Shown here piece by piece: positions 1 to 14,065 of a stretch of 64,000 nucleotides of DNA. The stretch spans positions 123,320,001 to 123,384,000 of the forward strand of contig NC_086097.1 of NCBI RefSeq assembly GCF_963921235.1, read 5' to 3'. This DNA comes from Mobula hypostoma (Eukaryota). The notes below the pieces were generated by a model. That model was not told where the DNA came from, made no database searches, and was given only the letters and a program-made list of their open reading frames with translations. Position 1 is the stretch's first letter. Each line of letters opens with the position of its first letter. Made by a program: the position numbers and the translations under genes.

Positions 1-628
1 GGCTCTCTCAAACATGAGTAACAGTTAAAACCACGATGCAATCAGGAGCACAGGCAACAATCTCATTGCCGATGCAACATTCATTTAGGTAGGAGCACTG
101 CAGGTGAATTTGAAAGCACCTATCATAGCTTATCTGCGTAATAACCGAGGTACCCAAACACTACACTGAACTTGGGCCCATTTTATTTATGTTTCTAAAC
201 TTACCTTTAGTTGTTTTGGCCCTCACCTTTACAACCTCTCCCGATAGCTGCATCATTTCCATCACAAACCTCTGATACCACAATCTCACAATCAGCTAAC
301 TCAGCAATCTGCCAAGGCCCATGGAGTTCTGACCCTCATTTTCATTATCCCATTCACCGCGCTGCTCTGAGAGACAAGGTAATGTGCCCTAATGTCTACC
401 ACCCAATGGCTCTGACATACACCATCAAGAACTGTTTCAAGCAGCTGGTCATGGCAACATTAAATCAGCTTTCCAGACAACCTCGAGCCACTGCAGTTCA
501 CCTACCACCAGAACAGGTCTATGGCGGATGCCATGTCCCTGGCTCTACACTCATCTCTGGAAAATTTTAACAGTAAAGACACCTAATTCCACTATTATTT
601 ATGGATTACAGCTCCACCTTCAATACTA

Positions 629-962
629 CACTCAGTGGCCACTTATTAGGAACAGGCATGGAAACCGGTGTGATCTTCTGCTGCTGTAGCACATCCACGT
701 CAAGGTCTGACATGTTTAGCATTCAGAGATGCTCTTCTGCACACAACTGTTGTGATGTGTGGTTATTTGATTTACTGTCACCTTCCTGTCAGCTTGTGCC
801 AGTCTGGCCATTCTCCTCTGACCTCTCTCATTAACAAGGTGCTTTCGCCCACAGGACTGATGCCTTTGTTTTTCGCACCATTTTCTGTAAACTCTAGAGG
901 CTGTTGTGCGTGAAAATCCTGGGAGATCAGTTTCTGAGATACTCAAACCAGCCTGTCTGACA
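629..962 (-). mobile_element. Non-autonomous Tc1/mariner-like DNA transposon fragment
   Basis: TA followed by TIR CACTCAGTGGCCACTT at 629; minus-strand remnant SISET(A)DLPGFSRTTASRVYRKW...LVNERGQRRMARLAQADRK resembles a Tc1 transposase N-terminal HTH region; the same family recurs across the window. Confidence 0.8.
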
Positions 963-1644
963 ATTGTGTCCCTTTAATGCCTCTATGGATTTGTTACTGA
1001 AATATCTTGGTAGCTGATTACAAATCATTAAAAGGAAGCCTCCAAATGTACTGTACCAGCTAAACGATGGTCTTAGTTCAGATAGGCAATAAAGGATGAA
1101 AAATCAAAATTTTTAACTAGATTAATGCCTCGTAGTAAATTATAATTGCGGAAAAACTTAAAGATATAAAATCACTATCATTATTAATTAAGTTGGGCTC
1201 GTACCATCTGATATTTGGTGCTGCAAGATAGATAAATAGAAAAACGTAATCTACTGAAAAGCTAACTGAAATACATCCAGACCTGATGATAAAATTTTAT
1301 ATATTAAAATGCATGGATAACTATTACACAAAGATCACATTCAGCTTGCAGTCCATCACCACACAATTCGCAGTGAAAATGCCATTGCTTTTTTTATAAC
1401 TTAAATCTTCTTGCTTCTAGCAAGTGCCAGAGTTCACTATATAACTGTGGGAGAAGAGGCTAATTTATTGCCCCTAAAGCCACATGCTGGGATCACCACA
1501 TACAATTAACTCCTGTCCAATCAGAGCAAATCAGACACAAAATCAAATTTGACGGGCTAATAATATATGTCCATCCAGCTAACACTAACTATCCAACAGT
1601 GCCTGTATTTTTGAGAAGGTTGTGCAGAATCATATGTCATTTAA

Positions 1645-3330
1645 AACTTCAAAGTTCAAAGTTCGAAACAAATTTATTATCAAAGTACATGTATGTCACC
1701 ATTTTCAACCTTTAGGTGTATTTTCTTGCAATATCACAGTAAATACAAGAAACACTATAGAATCAATGAAAGGCCACATCCAACAGGACAAACAACCAAT
1801 AAGCAAAAGAAAACAAACTGCAAATACAAAAATAGAGAAAAATAGGAAATGATATTAACAATAAAATAGGCAATAAATATCAGGAACATGAGATGAAGAG
1901 CCCTTGAAAATGAGTCCACTGGTTGTGGGAACAGTTCATTGATGGGCCAAGTGAAGTTGAGTGAAGTTATCCCTCCTGGTTGAAGAGCCTGATGATTGAG
2001 GGGTAATAACAGTTCCTGAACCTAGTGTTGTGAGTCCTGAGGCTTCTGTATCTTCTTCCTGATGGCAGCAAGGAGCATGGCTGGACGGTAGGGGTTCTTG
2101 ATGATGGATGTTGCTTTCCTGTGATAGCGCTCTGTGTAGATGTGACCGAAGGTGAGGAGAGTGCTACCCATGGTGGAATTATGGGTATCCACTATTTTTT
2201 GAACGATCTTCCATTGAAGGGCATTGGTATTTCCACACCAGGCTGTGATACAACCAGTCAATACACTCTCCACCACAAATCTATAATAGTTTGTCGAAGT
2301 TTTAAATTTCATGCTGAATCTTCGCAAACTCCTAAGGAAGTAGAAATACTGCCGTGCTTTCTTCGAAATGGCACTTATGTGCTGGAGCCAAGACAGATCC
2401 TCTGAAATGACACCACCAAGGAATTTAAAATTGCTGACTCTCTTCACCTCTAATGCCCCACTGAAGACTGGCTCATGGACCTCCTGGTTGCTTCTCCTGA
2501 CATTAATAATCAGCTCCTTGGTCTTGTTGACACTGAGTAGGAGGTTGCTGTTGTGGCACCACTCGGTCAGATTTTCAGTCTCCCTCCTGCATGCTGGTTG
2601 TGGCAATAGGTAAATTGCATTGGGTCCAGGTCCTTGTTGAGACAGGAGTTAATTCTAGCTATAACCAACCTCTCAAAGCACATCACCACCAGAGATATAA
2701 GTGCTACTGGACGATAGTCTTTAAGACAGCTCACCCTGCTCTTCTAGGGCACTGGTATGATTGTTGCCATTTGAAGCAGCTGGAAGCTTCCAACTGTAAC
2801 AACGAGAGATTGAAAATGTCTTTGAACACCTCCACCAGTTGGTTAGCACAGATTTTCAGAGCCTTATCGGGTACTCCATAGGGGCCTGTCACCTTGTGAG
2901 AGTTCACCCTCTTGAAAGATAGCCTGACGTCAGCCTCCGAGACAGAGATCACTGGGTCACTGGGTGCGGCAGGGATCCTCACAGCTGTAGCTTTACCCTC
3001 CCTTTCAAAATAAGTATAAAAGGCAGTAAAGCATCACTGCCATTTATGATGTTATGTTTCACTTTGTAGGAAGTCACGGGCTGCAAACCCTGCCAGAGTT
3101 GACATGCATCCGATTCCGCCTCCAACCTCGTTCAGAATTCTTCCTTAGATCTTCAAATAGCTGTCCGCAAGTCATATCCGGTTTTCTTGTACCCACCTGG
3201 GCTGCCAGACTTGAATGCCACAGATCTAGCCACCAGCAGACTACGAACCTCCTGGTTCATCCACGGCTTTTGGTTTGAGTATGTACAGTAAGTTCTCATT
3301 GGCACACACTCCTCCACACAGGATAAATAA
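1645..3330 (-). mobile_element. Rex1/Babar-like LINE, degraded 3' portion
   Basis: Minus-strand ORF pieces SVSEADVRLSFKRVNSHKVTGPYG..., WCHNSNLLLSVNKTKELII, FKFLG..ISEDLSW, YFLRSLRRF, VESVLTGCITAWCGN; 3' UTR ending in AATAAA followed by a TTTGAAC-type tail. Confidence 0.75.
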
Positions 3331-3844
3331 ACAGATAAACAGGCGAATAAGTAAGTATGCATTGAGTTCATCTGGAAGCAAAGAGTTTTGTCACCCATGT
3401 CGTTTGGCTCCACTTTGTAGGAGGTGAAGGCATGCAAGCCCTGTCACAGCTGTTCAGTGATCCAGTTCTGGTCCAGAATTGCCACTTCACATGTGAGATG
3501 GCTTTCGCACGTGAAATGTATTTTACTTGGTCGCCAGACCTGAATGCCACAGACCTGACCCTTGGCAGAGGCAGATCTAGGGCTTCTGGTTAGAGAAGAT
3601 TCTGAATGATTTTGTGGGGACATACTCTGTGACAACGGAGTATTTGTTCCCAACTTCTGATGATTCCTCAAACACAACCCAATCAACTGACTCAACGCAA
3701 CCACATAGCCGCTCCGCTGCCTCCCATGACAACCTTTTTGTTCTCCTTATCTCTGACAAACTTCTATAGTAGTAAGTATCCTGACTGGTTGCATCAAGGT
3801 CTGCTACAGAAACACCAATGGCCAAGAACAGAAAAACCCCTCAA

Positions 3845-5445
3845 AATCAAAGTTCAAAGTAAATCTATTATCAAAGTACACATATATGACCATAATCTAC
3901 CCTGAGATTCATTTTCCCATGGCCATACTGATTAAATCCATAATAGAAATTCAAGCATAATAGTAGAATCAATGAAAGACTGCCCCAACTGAAGACATTC
4001 AACCGGTTTGCAAAAGACAAAAAAACTCTGCAAACACAAAAAGAAAGAAATAATTAATAAATAGATATATAGATAGATACAAACGTTTGTAGATAGATAG
4101 ATAGATAAAGGAATAAATATCATTGAATATCGAGAGCATGAAATGAAGAGTCCTTGAAAGTGAGTTGATAGGTTGTGGAAACATTTCAATGAAGTTAAGT
4201 GAAGTTATCCACTTTCAAGAGCCTGATAGCTGAGGCTGTTCCTGAACCTGGTGATGTGAGTCATGAGACTCCTGTACTTTCTCCCTGATGGCAGCAGCAA
4301 GAAGAGAGCATGACCTGAGTGATGGAGGCCCCTGATGATGGATGCTGCTTTCTTTTGACAATGCCTTGTGTAGATGTGCTCAGTGGTGGCGAGGGCTTTA
4401 CCCACGATGGACTGGGCTGCATCCACTACTGTAGGATTTTCATTTCAAAGGCATTGGTGTTTCCATATCAGGCTGCGATACAGCCAGTCAATATACTCTC
4501 CACCACATATCAGTAGAAGTCTGTTAAAGTTTTAAATTTCACGCCCAATCTTCGCAACTCCGAAGGAAGTAGAGACGCTGTCATACTTTCTTCATAATTG
4601 CACTTACATGCTGCACCCAGGACAGATCCTCAAAAATGATCACACCTAGGATCTTAAACTTGTTAACCCTCTCCACCTCTGATCCTTTGATGAGGACTGG
4701 CTTATGGGCATTTAGTTTCCTCCTCCTGAAGTCAATAGGAGGACTTGGTCTTGCGTAAGATTGAGTAAGAGGTTGTTATTGTGGCACCACTCACCCAGAT
4801 TTTCAATTTCCCTCCTTTATGCTGATTCATCACCACCTTTGATTTGGCCAACAACAGTGGCGTCATCAGCAAACTTGAATATGGTTTTGGGGTTGTGCTT
4901 AGTCACCCAGTCATGAGGTGGATTCAACCCAGTCCATCACAAGAAAAGCCCTCCCCACTCTTGAGCACATCAACAAGGAACGCTGCCACAAAAAAAATAG
5001 CATTCATCCATCATCAAGGACCCCACTATCCAAGCCATGCTTTCTTCTCACTGCTGCCGTTGGGCAGATGGTACAGGAGGTTCAGGAGCCTTAGGTCCCA
5101 CAACACCAGGTTCAGGGACAGTTATTACCCTTCAATCGTCAGGATCTTGAACCGCCATTGATAACTTCACTCACACGACTCTGAAATGACTCCACAATCT
5201 ATGGACTCACCTTCAAGGACTCGACAACTCACGTTCTCGCTCTTATTTAACTTTTTCTTTCTATTTACACAGTTGTCTTCTTTTGTACACTGGATGTTTG
5301 GCAGTCTTTGGGTATCATTTTTCATTGCTTCTACTGTACTTTTTATGTTCCACTGTGAATGCCTGTACAAAATGAATCTCAGGGTTGTATGTGGTGACAT
5401 ACAAATACAAAATTTGATAATAAATCTACCTTAACTTTGAACAAT
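3845..5445. mobile_element. Two Rex1/Babar-like LINE 3' fragments in opposite orientation (about 3845-4915 minus, 4915-5445 plus)
   Basis: Remnants such as KKAASIIRGLHHSGHALFLLLPSGRKYRSL (minus) and HAFFSLLPLGRWYR..TRFRDSYYPS (plus); same 3' UTR as the 1645 copy; (TAGA)n tract near 4060-4107. Confidence 0.7.
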
Positions 5446-5699
5446 TCATTGCTCAAGGATCTCAATTTCAAAGACTGAATATTAAGGCAAACTAGACTAA
5501 GTGAAGTGAAGATGGCAGCAACTTGTCAAAGAACTAAAGGTGCTGCCATCTCCACTGCTTCCTGGCACTTCCAGAGTATTGATCCTGATGCTTTTGTTAT
5601 CTAAAGGTTCTTAAGAAGTCCAGAATGAGGCATAAAACGTTGCTTCTGGCCATTTTATTAAAGGTTACAAGAGCGGAAAATGAACAAGAGAGAGCTGAC

Positions 5700-7105
5700 A
5701 GAATTCTTCGAGGAAGTAACATTCAGGATAGACAAAGGAGATTCAGTGGATGTTGTTTACTGGGATTTTCAGGCCTTTGACAAGGTGCTGCATGTGAGGA
5801 TGATTAACAAGATAAGAGCCCATGGTATTACAAGGAAGATACTAGCGTGAACAGAATATTGGCTGACTGGCAGGAGGCAAGGAGTGGGAATAATGGGGGC
5901 CTTTTCTTCTTGGCTGCCCGTGACTAGTCGTGTGCCGCAGAGGGTGGTGTTGTGTGTCCTTTCACGTTGTGTGTCAATGAGTTGGATGAAGGAATTGATG
6001 GCTTTGTGGCCAAGTTTGCAGACAATACAAAGATTGGTGGAGGGGCAAGTAGTGTTGAGGAAGCAGAGAGTCTGCAGGACTTAAATAGATTGGGAGAATG
6101 GGCAAAGGAGTGTCAGAGGGAATATAGTTTAGGGAAATTTATGGTTATGCACTTTGGCAGAAGGAATAAAGGCATAGACTATTTTCTAAACTGGGAGAAA
6201 ATTTATAAATCAGAGGTGCAAAGGGATCTGGGAGTCCTTATGTAGGATTCCCTAAAAGTTAACTTTCTGGTTATGTTGGTTTGCAAGGAAGGTAAATGCA
6301 ATATTAGCATTCATTTCCAGAGAACTGGAATATAAGAGCAAGGATGTGATAATGATGATTTATAAGGCATTGGTCAGACTGCACTTCAGAGTATGATGAA
6401 CAGTTTTGTGTCCCTGTATCAGTCTTTGCCATTCTTTTGGATTCATCAGCTGCATGGAGAGGGGCAGCCTGTTGCATGGGCAGCAGCTTGCTCTCCGTAT
6501 CATACTGCCCTGCTTGCCTATCATATTGAGAGCTAGGATGCAACATCCTTAGTCAACCTCAACCAATGAAGAGCCTCCTGTGCGTCCCTTATTTAAGAAA
6601 AGAGGTGGTGGTATTGGAGTAGGTCCAGAGAAGGCTCATGAGAATGATTCCAGGAATGAAATGGTTAACATATGAGGACTGTTTGATGGCTGTGGGCCTG
6701 TACCTACTGGAATTATAAGAATGAGAGAGGATCTCGTTGAAACCTATCAGATATTGAAAGGCCAAGACAGATTGGATGTGAAGAGGATATTTCCTATAGT
6801 GGATGAGTCTAGGACCAGAGGGCAAACCTCAGAAGAGCAGGACATCCATTTAGAACAGAGTTGGGAGGAATTCCTCTAGCCAGAGGTTGGTGAATCTGTG
6901 GAATCTATTGCCGTGGACAGCTGTAGGGGCCGTGTCATTAAGTATATTTTAAGCAGAGGTTGATAGGTTCTTGGCTAGTCAGGGTGTCAATGGTTACACG
7001 GAGAAGGCAGGAGAATGGAGTTGAAAGGGATAATAAATCAGACATGATGGGATGGTGAAGACAAATGGCCTAATTCCGCTCTTATATCTTAGGGACTTAT
7101 GATCT
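5700..7105 (+). mobile_element. CR1 LINE, 5'-truncated and degraded (RT region to 3' UTR)
   Basis: VNELDEGIDGFVAKFADNTKIGG and QRDLGVL match the CR1 RT at 60552-62336; interrupted by a short insert at about 6416-6579. Confidence 0.85.
6416..6579 (+). mobile_element. Short non-autonomous retroelement inserted in CR1 (related to 19915-20088)
   Basis: Interrupts the CR1 frame; flanked by near-identical TGTGTCCCT / TGCGTCCCT; shares the core GGAGAGGGG..CCTG..GCATGG.CAGC with the 19915 element. Confidence 0.5.
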
Positions 7106-8461
7106 TAACAAAGAAAAGACAAAGGAAAAAGCAGTGGTGATCATCTCATATTCATACTCAGACTGGAGATAACAAAAATTCCAGTGTTTACAATTAACCT
7201 ACAAAATAGTTCTGATGAAGGGACTCGACTTGTCTTCCTAGATGCTGCCTGACCTGCTGAGTTCCTCCAGCAATTGAGTGTTATTCAGTATTTAAAGCAT
7301 GTGCACAATCTCTTCTGCATATAATCTATAAAACAGCAAGATTCGTGTAGCGTGACACCTGCTACTGAAAAACTAATACATTTCTAGAAAAATACAGGAG
7401 CAACTGTACTGTAATTACTGGAAAACTCACTGAACAATCACCTGCATGCAAGTGATTATATAAAAATAGAAGCAAGCGTAGTTAAACTACAAGAAAATTA
7501 ACAATTTTACAACCCAATCCAACAGGGGCTGTTTTACAAAAGTAGAAATCCAGCATTTTGATGATCTCAAACATGTCATCGAGGTCAGTGAGAGTATCTT
7601 CAAAATTCTATGCCACCAACTCCACCACCTGACTCAGCAACCGTTCAATTCATCCTAATCTACCCCCCCTCCCTCAGCTATCATCAATCTGTTCCAACAA
7701 TGGATAGTCAAAACCACCTAAAGCATCAGCAGCACCAGCCTACCTGCCATTCTGGACATAATTACATAAAGATGCTGGGGGAAAAAAGGCCAGTAACATC
7801 ATGAAGGATCCCACACACCCTGCTCACGGACTGCTTGTCCCACTCCCATCAGGGAGGAGGCTACACAGCATTCATGCCAGGATCACTGGACTCAAAAATA
7901 GTTACTTTCCCCAAGCAGTTGATCAACATCTCCACCCATCCACCTTCCACTACCACTACAAATACATCAGCTAGAGTTACTTTATGTACAATCGGTCGTG
8001 TATAGAAAAGTTACTTGTCCAAACTGTCTTTTATTGGATAGCTTTTATATTTGTATTTATCGTGATTTTTTTTTTTGCTTTTTGTGTTCTTTATGTTTAT
8101 TGTGTATGTTTATGTGGCATCGGGTCCAGTGTAACCAATCACTTTGTTCTCCTTTACACTCCTGAACTGAAGAATCACAATCTTGAATTGTGATCTGAAA
8201 CCACTGACAGTGACGGTGTCCTCTGAACAGCCGTGCTCCTTCTCACATATTGTTTCACCCACGGCTCACCCTCTCTTTGGATTTGTAATGTGCAAGAGAT
8301 GGGCAGGAGGGCCACTCATTCCCTGCACCCTTTACCCTTCGCTTCACCACAGATTATGCCTCATGCCTTCCTCCTATCAAATATGCAGTAACTGCAACGG
8401 ACCCGCAGTGAGATCGGCAAGAAGTCAGCCAAACGAACATGGTGGGATTAATTTCTTCAGG

Positions 8462-8703
8462 TGGCAATTGGTAGTGTAGCGGTTAGCGTAACACTGTGAC
8501 AGAGCCAGCCAACCAGGTTCAAAACCCACCGCTGTCTGTTTAGGATTTTGTACATTCTCCTCGTGACTACATGGGTTTCCTCCAGGTGCTCCGGTTTCCT
8601 CCCGTAATCCAAGGACATATGGGTTAGCAGGTAATTGGACACGTGGGTGTAATTGGGCGGCACCGGCTCACTGGACGGGCGTGTTACCGTGCAGTATTGC
8701 TAA
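8462..8703 (+). mobile_element. tRNA-derived V-domain SINE
   Basis: A-box-like TAGTGTAGCGG, B-box-like GGTTCAAAACC, V-domain-like core GGGTTTCCTCCAGGTGCTCCGGTTTCCTCCC. Confidence 0.75.
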
Positions 8704-8954
8704 GTGAGAAAGAAAGCTCAGGTGATAACAGTTCACTTCAGACAAGTGTCAGCCCTTCCAGAGTGAGACTGCTTGAGTTCTGCTGCAGAGGACTTTGATG
8801 AAACTAATGTGGCGGACTACAGAACAAGGTCGATGACAGACATGTGGAATGCCTGGTGCATTGGCTTGCCCACCAAAATGCCAACAGCATGTGGTCCAGC
8901 GCCAATCTCAAACAAGGATTTGTGCATAGCTTGGAATTGCACTTATATATATTC

Positions 8955-10250
8955 CTGTACACCTGCTGTTCAATGCAAATATATAATCATCAAATCATGT
9001 GGCAGCAACTCCACTTATCATGCAGACGTGGTCAAGAAGTTCACTTGCTGTTGAGACCAAACATTAGAATACAGGAAGAAATGCGATCTAAGTGACTTTG
9101 ACCATGGAATGATTGCTGGTGCCAAACAGGCTGGTTTGAGCATCTCAGAAACTGCTAATCTCCTGGGATTTTCATGCACAACAGTCTCTAGAGTTTACTG
9201 AGAACGGTGCATAAAACAAATAAAAAATCTAGTGGGCAGCAGTTCTGTAGGTGAAAGAACCTCGTGAATGAAAGAGGTCAGAGGAGAATGGCCAGATTGA
9301 TTCAAGCAGACAGGAAAGCAACAGAATTGGAATCAGAATCCGAATCAGATTTAATACCATCGGCATATGTCGTGAAATCTGTTAACCTTATGGCAGCAGT
9401 ACAATGAAATACAGGATAAATAAATATAAAAACTGAATGACAGTAAGAATACTTATGTCTATTAAATAGTTAAAATATGTGGTGCAAAAAAAAAGCAGAA
9501 ATAAAAAGTAGTGAGGTAGTGTTCATGGGTTCAAAGTCCATTTAGAAATCGGGTGGCAGAGGGGAAGAAGCTGATTCTGAATCGCTGAGTGTGTGCCTTC
9601 AGGCTTCTGTACCTCCTTCCCAATGGTAACAGTGTGAAGAGGGCATGCCCTGGGTGGTGGGGGTCCTGAATGATGTAGGCCGCCTTCCTAAGGCACCGCT
9701 CCTTGAAGATGTCTTGGATATAACGGAGGCTAGTACCCATGATGGAGCTGACTAATTTTACAAGTTTCTGCAATTTACTTGGAGCTTGTAATAACAGTGA
9801 CTCAAATAACCACACATTGTAACAATGGCTTGCAGAAGAGCATCTTTGAACGCACAACACATTAAACGTTGAAGTGGATGGGCAGCAGGAAGACCACACC
9901 AGCTTCCACGCCTGTCAGCGGAGAACAGGAAACTGAGGCTGGAGCTCAGCAAAACTGAACAGTTGAGGATTGGGAAAACATCGCCTGGTCTAACGAATCT
10001 CGATTTCAGTTGCAACATGCAGGGTCAGAACTTGGATCTATTGTGCCTTGTATCAACTGTTCAGACTGGTGGTGGTGGTAGTGCAGTATTAGTGCGGGGA
10101 ATGCTTTCTTGGCACACATTAGGCCCCTTAATGTCAACTGAGCATCATTTAAATGCCACAGCCTGCCTGAGTATTGTTGCTGAGTCTGTACGTCCCTTTA
10201 TGGCCTCAGTCTACCAATCTCCTAATGACAACTTCTAGCAGAATAACAGA
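8955..10250 (+). mobile_element. Tc1-like transposon remnant with part of the catalytic domain, split by a Rex-like LINE 3' end (about 9326-9790, minus)
   Basis: HTH-coding segment to 9325 resumes at about 9790; downstream remnants WSNESRF and GGG..VRGMLSWHTLGPL..LNATACLSIV are Tc1 DDE-domain motifs. Confidence 0.75.
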
Positions 10251-11589
10251 TCCACAGCAAATATGCGATACTGTTAGCCAATGTGGACCAGAAAGGATAA
10301 GGAAAGCTTCCAGCGGATCTTTCATGATGGATACCACCTTTCTGAGGCATCGCCTTTTGAAGATGTCCTTGATGCTGCGAAGGCTAGTGCCCATGATGGA
10401 GCTGGCCAAGTTTGTAAATTTCTACAGGTTTTCCGATCCTGTGCAGTGGCCCCTCTATACCAGACAGTGATGCAACAAGCTAGAATGCTACCTATCGTAA
10501 CAGCTGTGGATATTTGCTAGAGTCTTTATTGACATACCGAACATCCTCAAACTCCTAATAAAACATAGCCGCGGGCAGGGCTCCTTCATAATTGCATCGA
10601 TATGTTGGGCCCACTCATTCCACTGCCAACTCCTCGATGAGGACTGGTGTGGTGTGTGTTTCCTCAAATTTATTATTGATTATTATTAAGCTCAAATTCA
10701 GCATCAATTCCTTGGTCTCACTAACGCTAAGGGCAAGGTTGTTGGTGCAACCAGCCGATCTATCTCACTCCTATACGCCTCCTCCTCATCACCATCTGAT
10801 ACTCTGCTGACAGCAATTGTGTCATCGGCGCAGTTATAGATGGCACTTGCACTGTGCCTAGCCACACAGACAGAGTAAAGTAGTATGTTAATGTTTTCCA
10901 ACATGAGAGTCGCAGCGAACTCAATCAGCACCTCTGCAAAGCCAATAACAAAGCAGCATCAAACACCAGGATTTCAGCTTTCATTCCAGCATGTGAATAT
11001 TTGAATGTCGCACTAGGACTTAGACTTGTAATATCAAACATCAAGGCTACACACGGTATGCTCAAGGGAGCCTGCAAAGGGCACAGAGTAGTCCAGCAAT
11101 CAATCCTCCAGGGGAGGCCTTGGGAGAGTGCCAGTCGCTTTGCCAGCCAAGCAACTGGTGCCCTCTCTCACGAGTATTCCAACGGCTGGCACGCTGGCGC
11201 TCGCCATGCAGCAGCCTGTCAGACAGCCAGCACAGACTGCCACCACATATGCCATGGATGCAGAACCTGGTCCTGAGCCAGAACTGCTTCATGGTGAAAT
11301 ATGCTAGCTGTCAGAGCTCCCAACCTTCTGGAGTGTTTCTGAATGCCTCTAATATTCAGAAACATACATAAACAATTCAAAATAAAACAGGGAATGCCAC
11401 ACACAAAATGCTGGAAGAACTCAGGAGGTCTGATAGCATCTGTGGAAAGGAATACACAGTCGATGTTTTGGGCGGAGACTCTTCATCAGGACAAAAATAA
11501 GATAAGAAATTAATTTTTAAAACATCTAAAATAATGCAAACCGGTATAGCAAACAAAACCACTTTTTTAAAAAAATCCTATACCTCACC

Positions 11590-11985
11590 TCACTCACTGG
11601 AGTTTACAAGAATGCGGGAAGAGCTCATCAAAACCTATCGCAGATTGAAAGGCCTAGATAGAGCGGATGTGGTGTGGATGTTTGGTCTCAGGAGGGAATC
11701 TAGGACCAAAGGCACAGCCCCAGAATACAAGGACGTCCCTTTAGAACAGTGATGAGGAGGAATTTCTTTCATGAGAGGCTGGTGAATCTGCGGAATTCAT
11801 TGCGAAGCATGCTGTGGAGTTTTGATAGGTTGATAGGTTCTTGATCAGCAATGGCATCAAAGGTTACAGGGAAAAGGCAGGAGAATGGGATTGAAAGGGA
11901 TTTAAAAAAAATCAGTTGTGATCGAATGGTGGAACATTCGATGGGCTAAATGGTCTAATTCTTCTTCTATGTGTTATAGTCAAAC
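11590..11985 (+). mobile_element. CR1 3' fragment
   Basis: SLEFTRMREELIKTYRRLKGLDR followed by CR1 3' UTR. Confidence 0.75.
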
Positions 11986-12324
11986 ACAAAAATAGTAAAT
12001 CATTATTATTTTAGATCTATAGAATGTGCAAATAACTATTCTGTGGAAGAAACAAACCACATACTTTTCAGGCTCACGAGGTTATTCAGCAATAAATACA
12101 TCCCAGTATGTCATTAAAAATGAAGTTATTCTTCATTTAAGCAGGCATCACATTTTCATTTATTTCACAGAGAGCATAACTAAAAAAACATTGGTCTCAT
12201 CAATTAATTGATTCCATATTGACTGTCTCAATAAAGGTTGGAAGAGCAGACCTTGTGGAAGAAAACTTCAAATGCTTAAGTGTGTAAGGTCATAAAACGG
12301 TAAGACAAAGGAGCAGACAACCTT

Positions 12325-12908
12325 CTACACATTCACAGTCGAGAGCATGCTAACAAGCTGCATCTCTGCATGGTACAGAAACGTGCACTGTAGCAGACAG
12401 GAAGGCTTTACAACAGGCAGTCAAAACTGTCCGATGCCTCAGTGGTACCAACCTACTGCCATCAAGTACATTAACAAAGAAAGGTGCCGGACAAAGACCA
12501 GCAGTATCGTGAAGGATCCCACCCACCCTGCTGACGGACTGTTTTTCCCACTCCCATCAGGGAGGAGGCTACGTAGCATCCAGACTCAAACACTGTTACT
12601 TTCTCCAAGGAGTAAGGCTGATCAACACCTCCACCCACAAACCCACTCTACCACAACCCCCACCACCACTACTTTATTATCTCCTGTCACAGACACCTTA
12701 TGTACAGACACGCCTGTGCCTAGCATCACTTATGGACATATAATCAATCTATGTATATAAGCTCTTATGTATTTATATTTATTGGGCTTTTTAATTATTC
12801 TACTCTTTATCTTAGTCTGTTTTTATATGCTGCATCAAGCTCCAGAGTAACAACTCTTTTGTTCTCCTTTAGACTTATGTACTAGAGTTGACATTAAACA
12901 ATCTTGAA
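12325..12908 (+). mobile_element. Rex1/Babar-like LINE 3' fragment
   Basis: ORF 12347-12760 with SIVKDPTHPADGLFFPLPSGRRLRSI; a sibling copy lies at about 7735-8190. Confidence 0.7.
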
Positions 12909-13519
12909 ATAATAATAATAAATAAATAAATAAATAAATAAATAATACTGAGAATATGAGTTGGAGAGTCTTTGAAAGTGATTCTGGAGTATCAATGCAG
13001 GCCTGTAACAAAACAGAAGCAAACCTTTATCTAGTACAGCTGAAACATTTGGGACAGTTTCCTGGAACAACAGACCATGAATTCATCTAGGGAACAGTTT
13101 GATAATTTTCTCGTTTACTGACTCAGGCTAAGTAAGTAATCCCATAAAGGGTGGGGGGAGTCAACTGCATTAATCTATCATTGAACTTGAGTTTAATACA
13201 ATCCAGGTTGAAAGCTACAGTCTTGAACTCAAGTACTTAGAGTACCTCAAAAATTACTTACATCATTAGATATAGCATTTCAATGAGGAAAAAAAGTCTA
13301 CTGGAATGGTTATTCATCATTAACTACTGAAATTGAGAGTGCTTAATGCATAATGCATCTGAATTTTCAAAAGATATATGATAAGGCTTCATCTAAAAAC
13401 TTGTTTAGGAACAAGACTCCTAGGATGGAGAGGTGATATATTTCATCAATAGATCAATAGATTTCTGTACACTGTGAGATTCAAGGGGTTATGGAGAAAG
13501 GCCAGGAACATGATAAGAA

Positions 13520-14065
13520 ATACACTATGTTGGAAGAACTCGGTAGGTCAGGCAGCGTCTATGAGGGCAAATAAACAGGGCAAGACCCTTCATCAGGATT
13601 GAGAAGGAAGGGGGCAGTAGCCAGAATAAGAAGGTGGGCTGAGGTGGAGGGAGACTATAAAGTAGCAAATGAAAGAGAAGGGTGGGGGGCCGGCTGGTGG
13701 TGCAATGACATCAGCGCCGGACTCTGGAACGAAGGTTCCGGGGTTCAAACCCAGTCGGGTCCGCTCCTGGGTATACTTTCCATCCATGCGGGGTTGAGTG
13801 TCGAGATCGCAACTCGACCTCGTAAAATAAAGGGAAAGATACTGCGAAATGTCTGTGTGAGGAATGGCGGGCCACACAGTCTCCCTCTCTCTCCACGCCT
13901 TGTAAAGGCATGAAAAAAGACATCATCACGCCAACATCGCACACGCACGCACGCACGCAAATGCACACACCAAAAAAAAAGAAAGAAAGAGAAGGGTGGG
14001 GGAGGAAGGTGAGTGACAGGGGGAGGAGGGGATGATACAAGAAGCTGAAGGGTGATAGGTCGAAG
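13520..14065 (-). mobile_element. Old Penelope-type pLTR fragment with degenerate hammerhead, split by a SINE
   Basis: GACCCTTCATCAGG plus the purine-rich pLTR body seen in the 44040 element; continues after the SINE TSD. Confidence 0.6.
13689..13984 (+). mobile_element. tRNA-headed SINE with RTE-like body and 18-bp TSD
   Basis: TSD GAAAGAGAAGGGTGGGGG at 13671-13688 and 13985-14002; A-box TGGTGCAATGA, B-box GGTTCAAACCC; (GCAC)n and A-rich tail. Confidence 0.85.

Noticed and set aside
13689..13770. tRNA gene
   Set aside because: A/B boxes are a SINE head followed by body, tail and TSD; no convincing cloverleaf.
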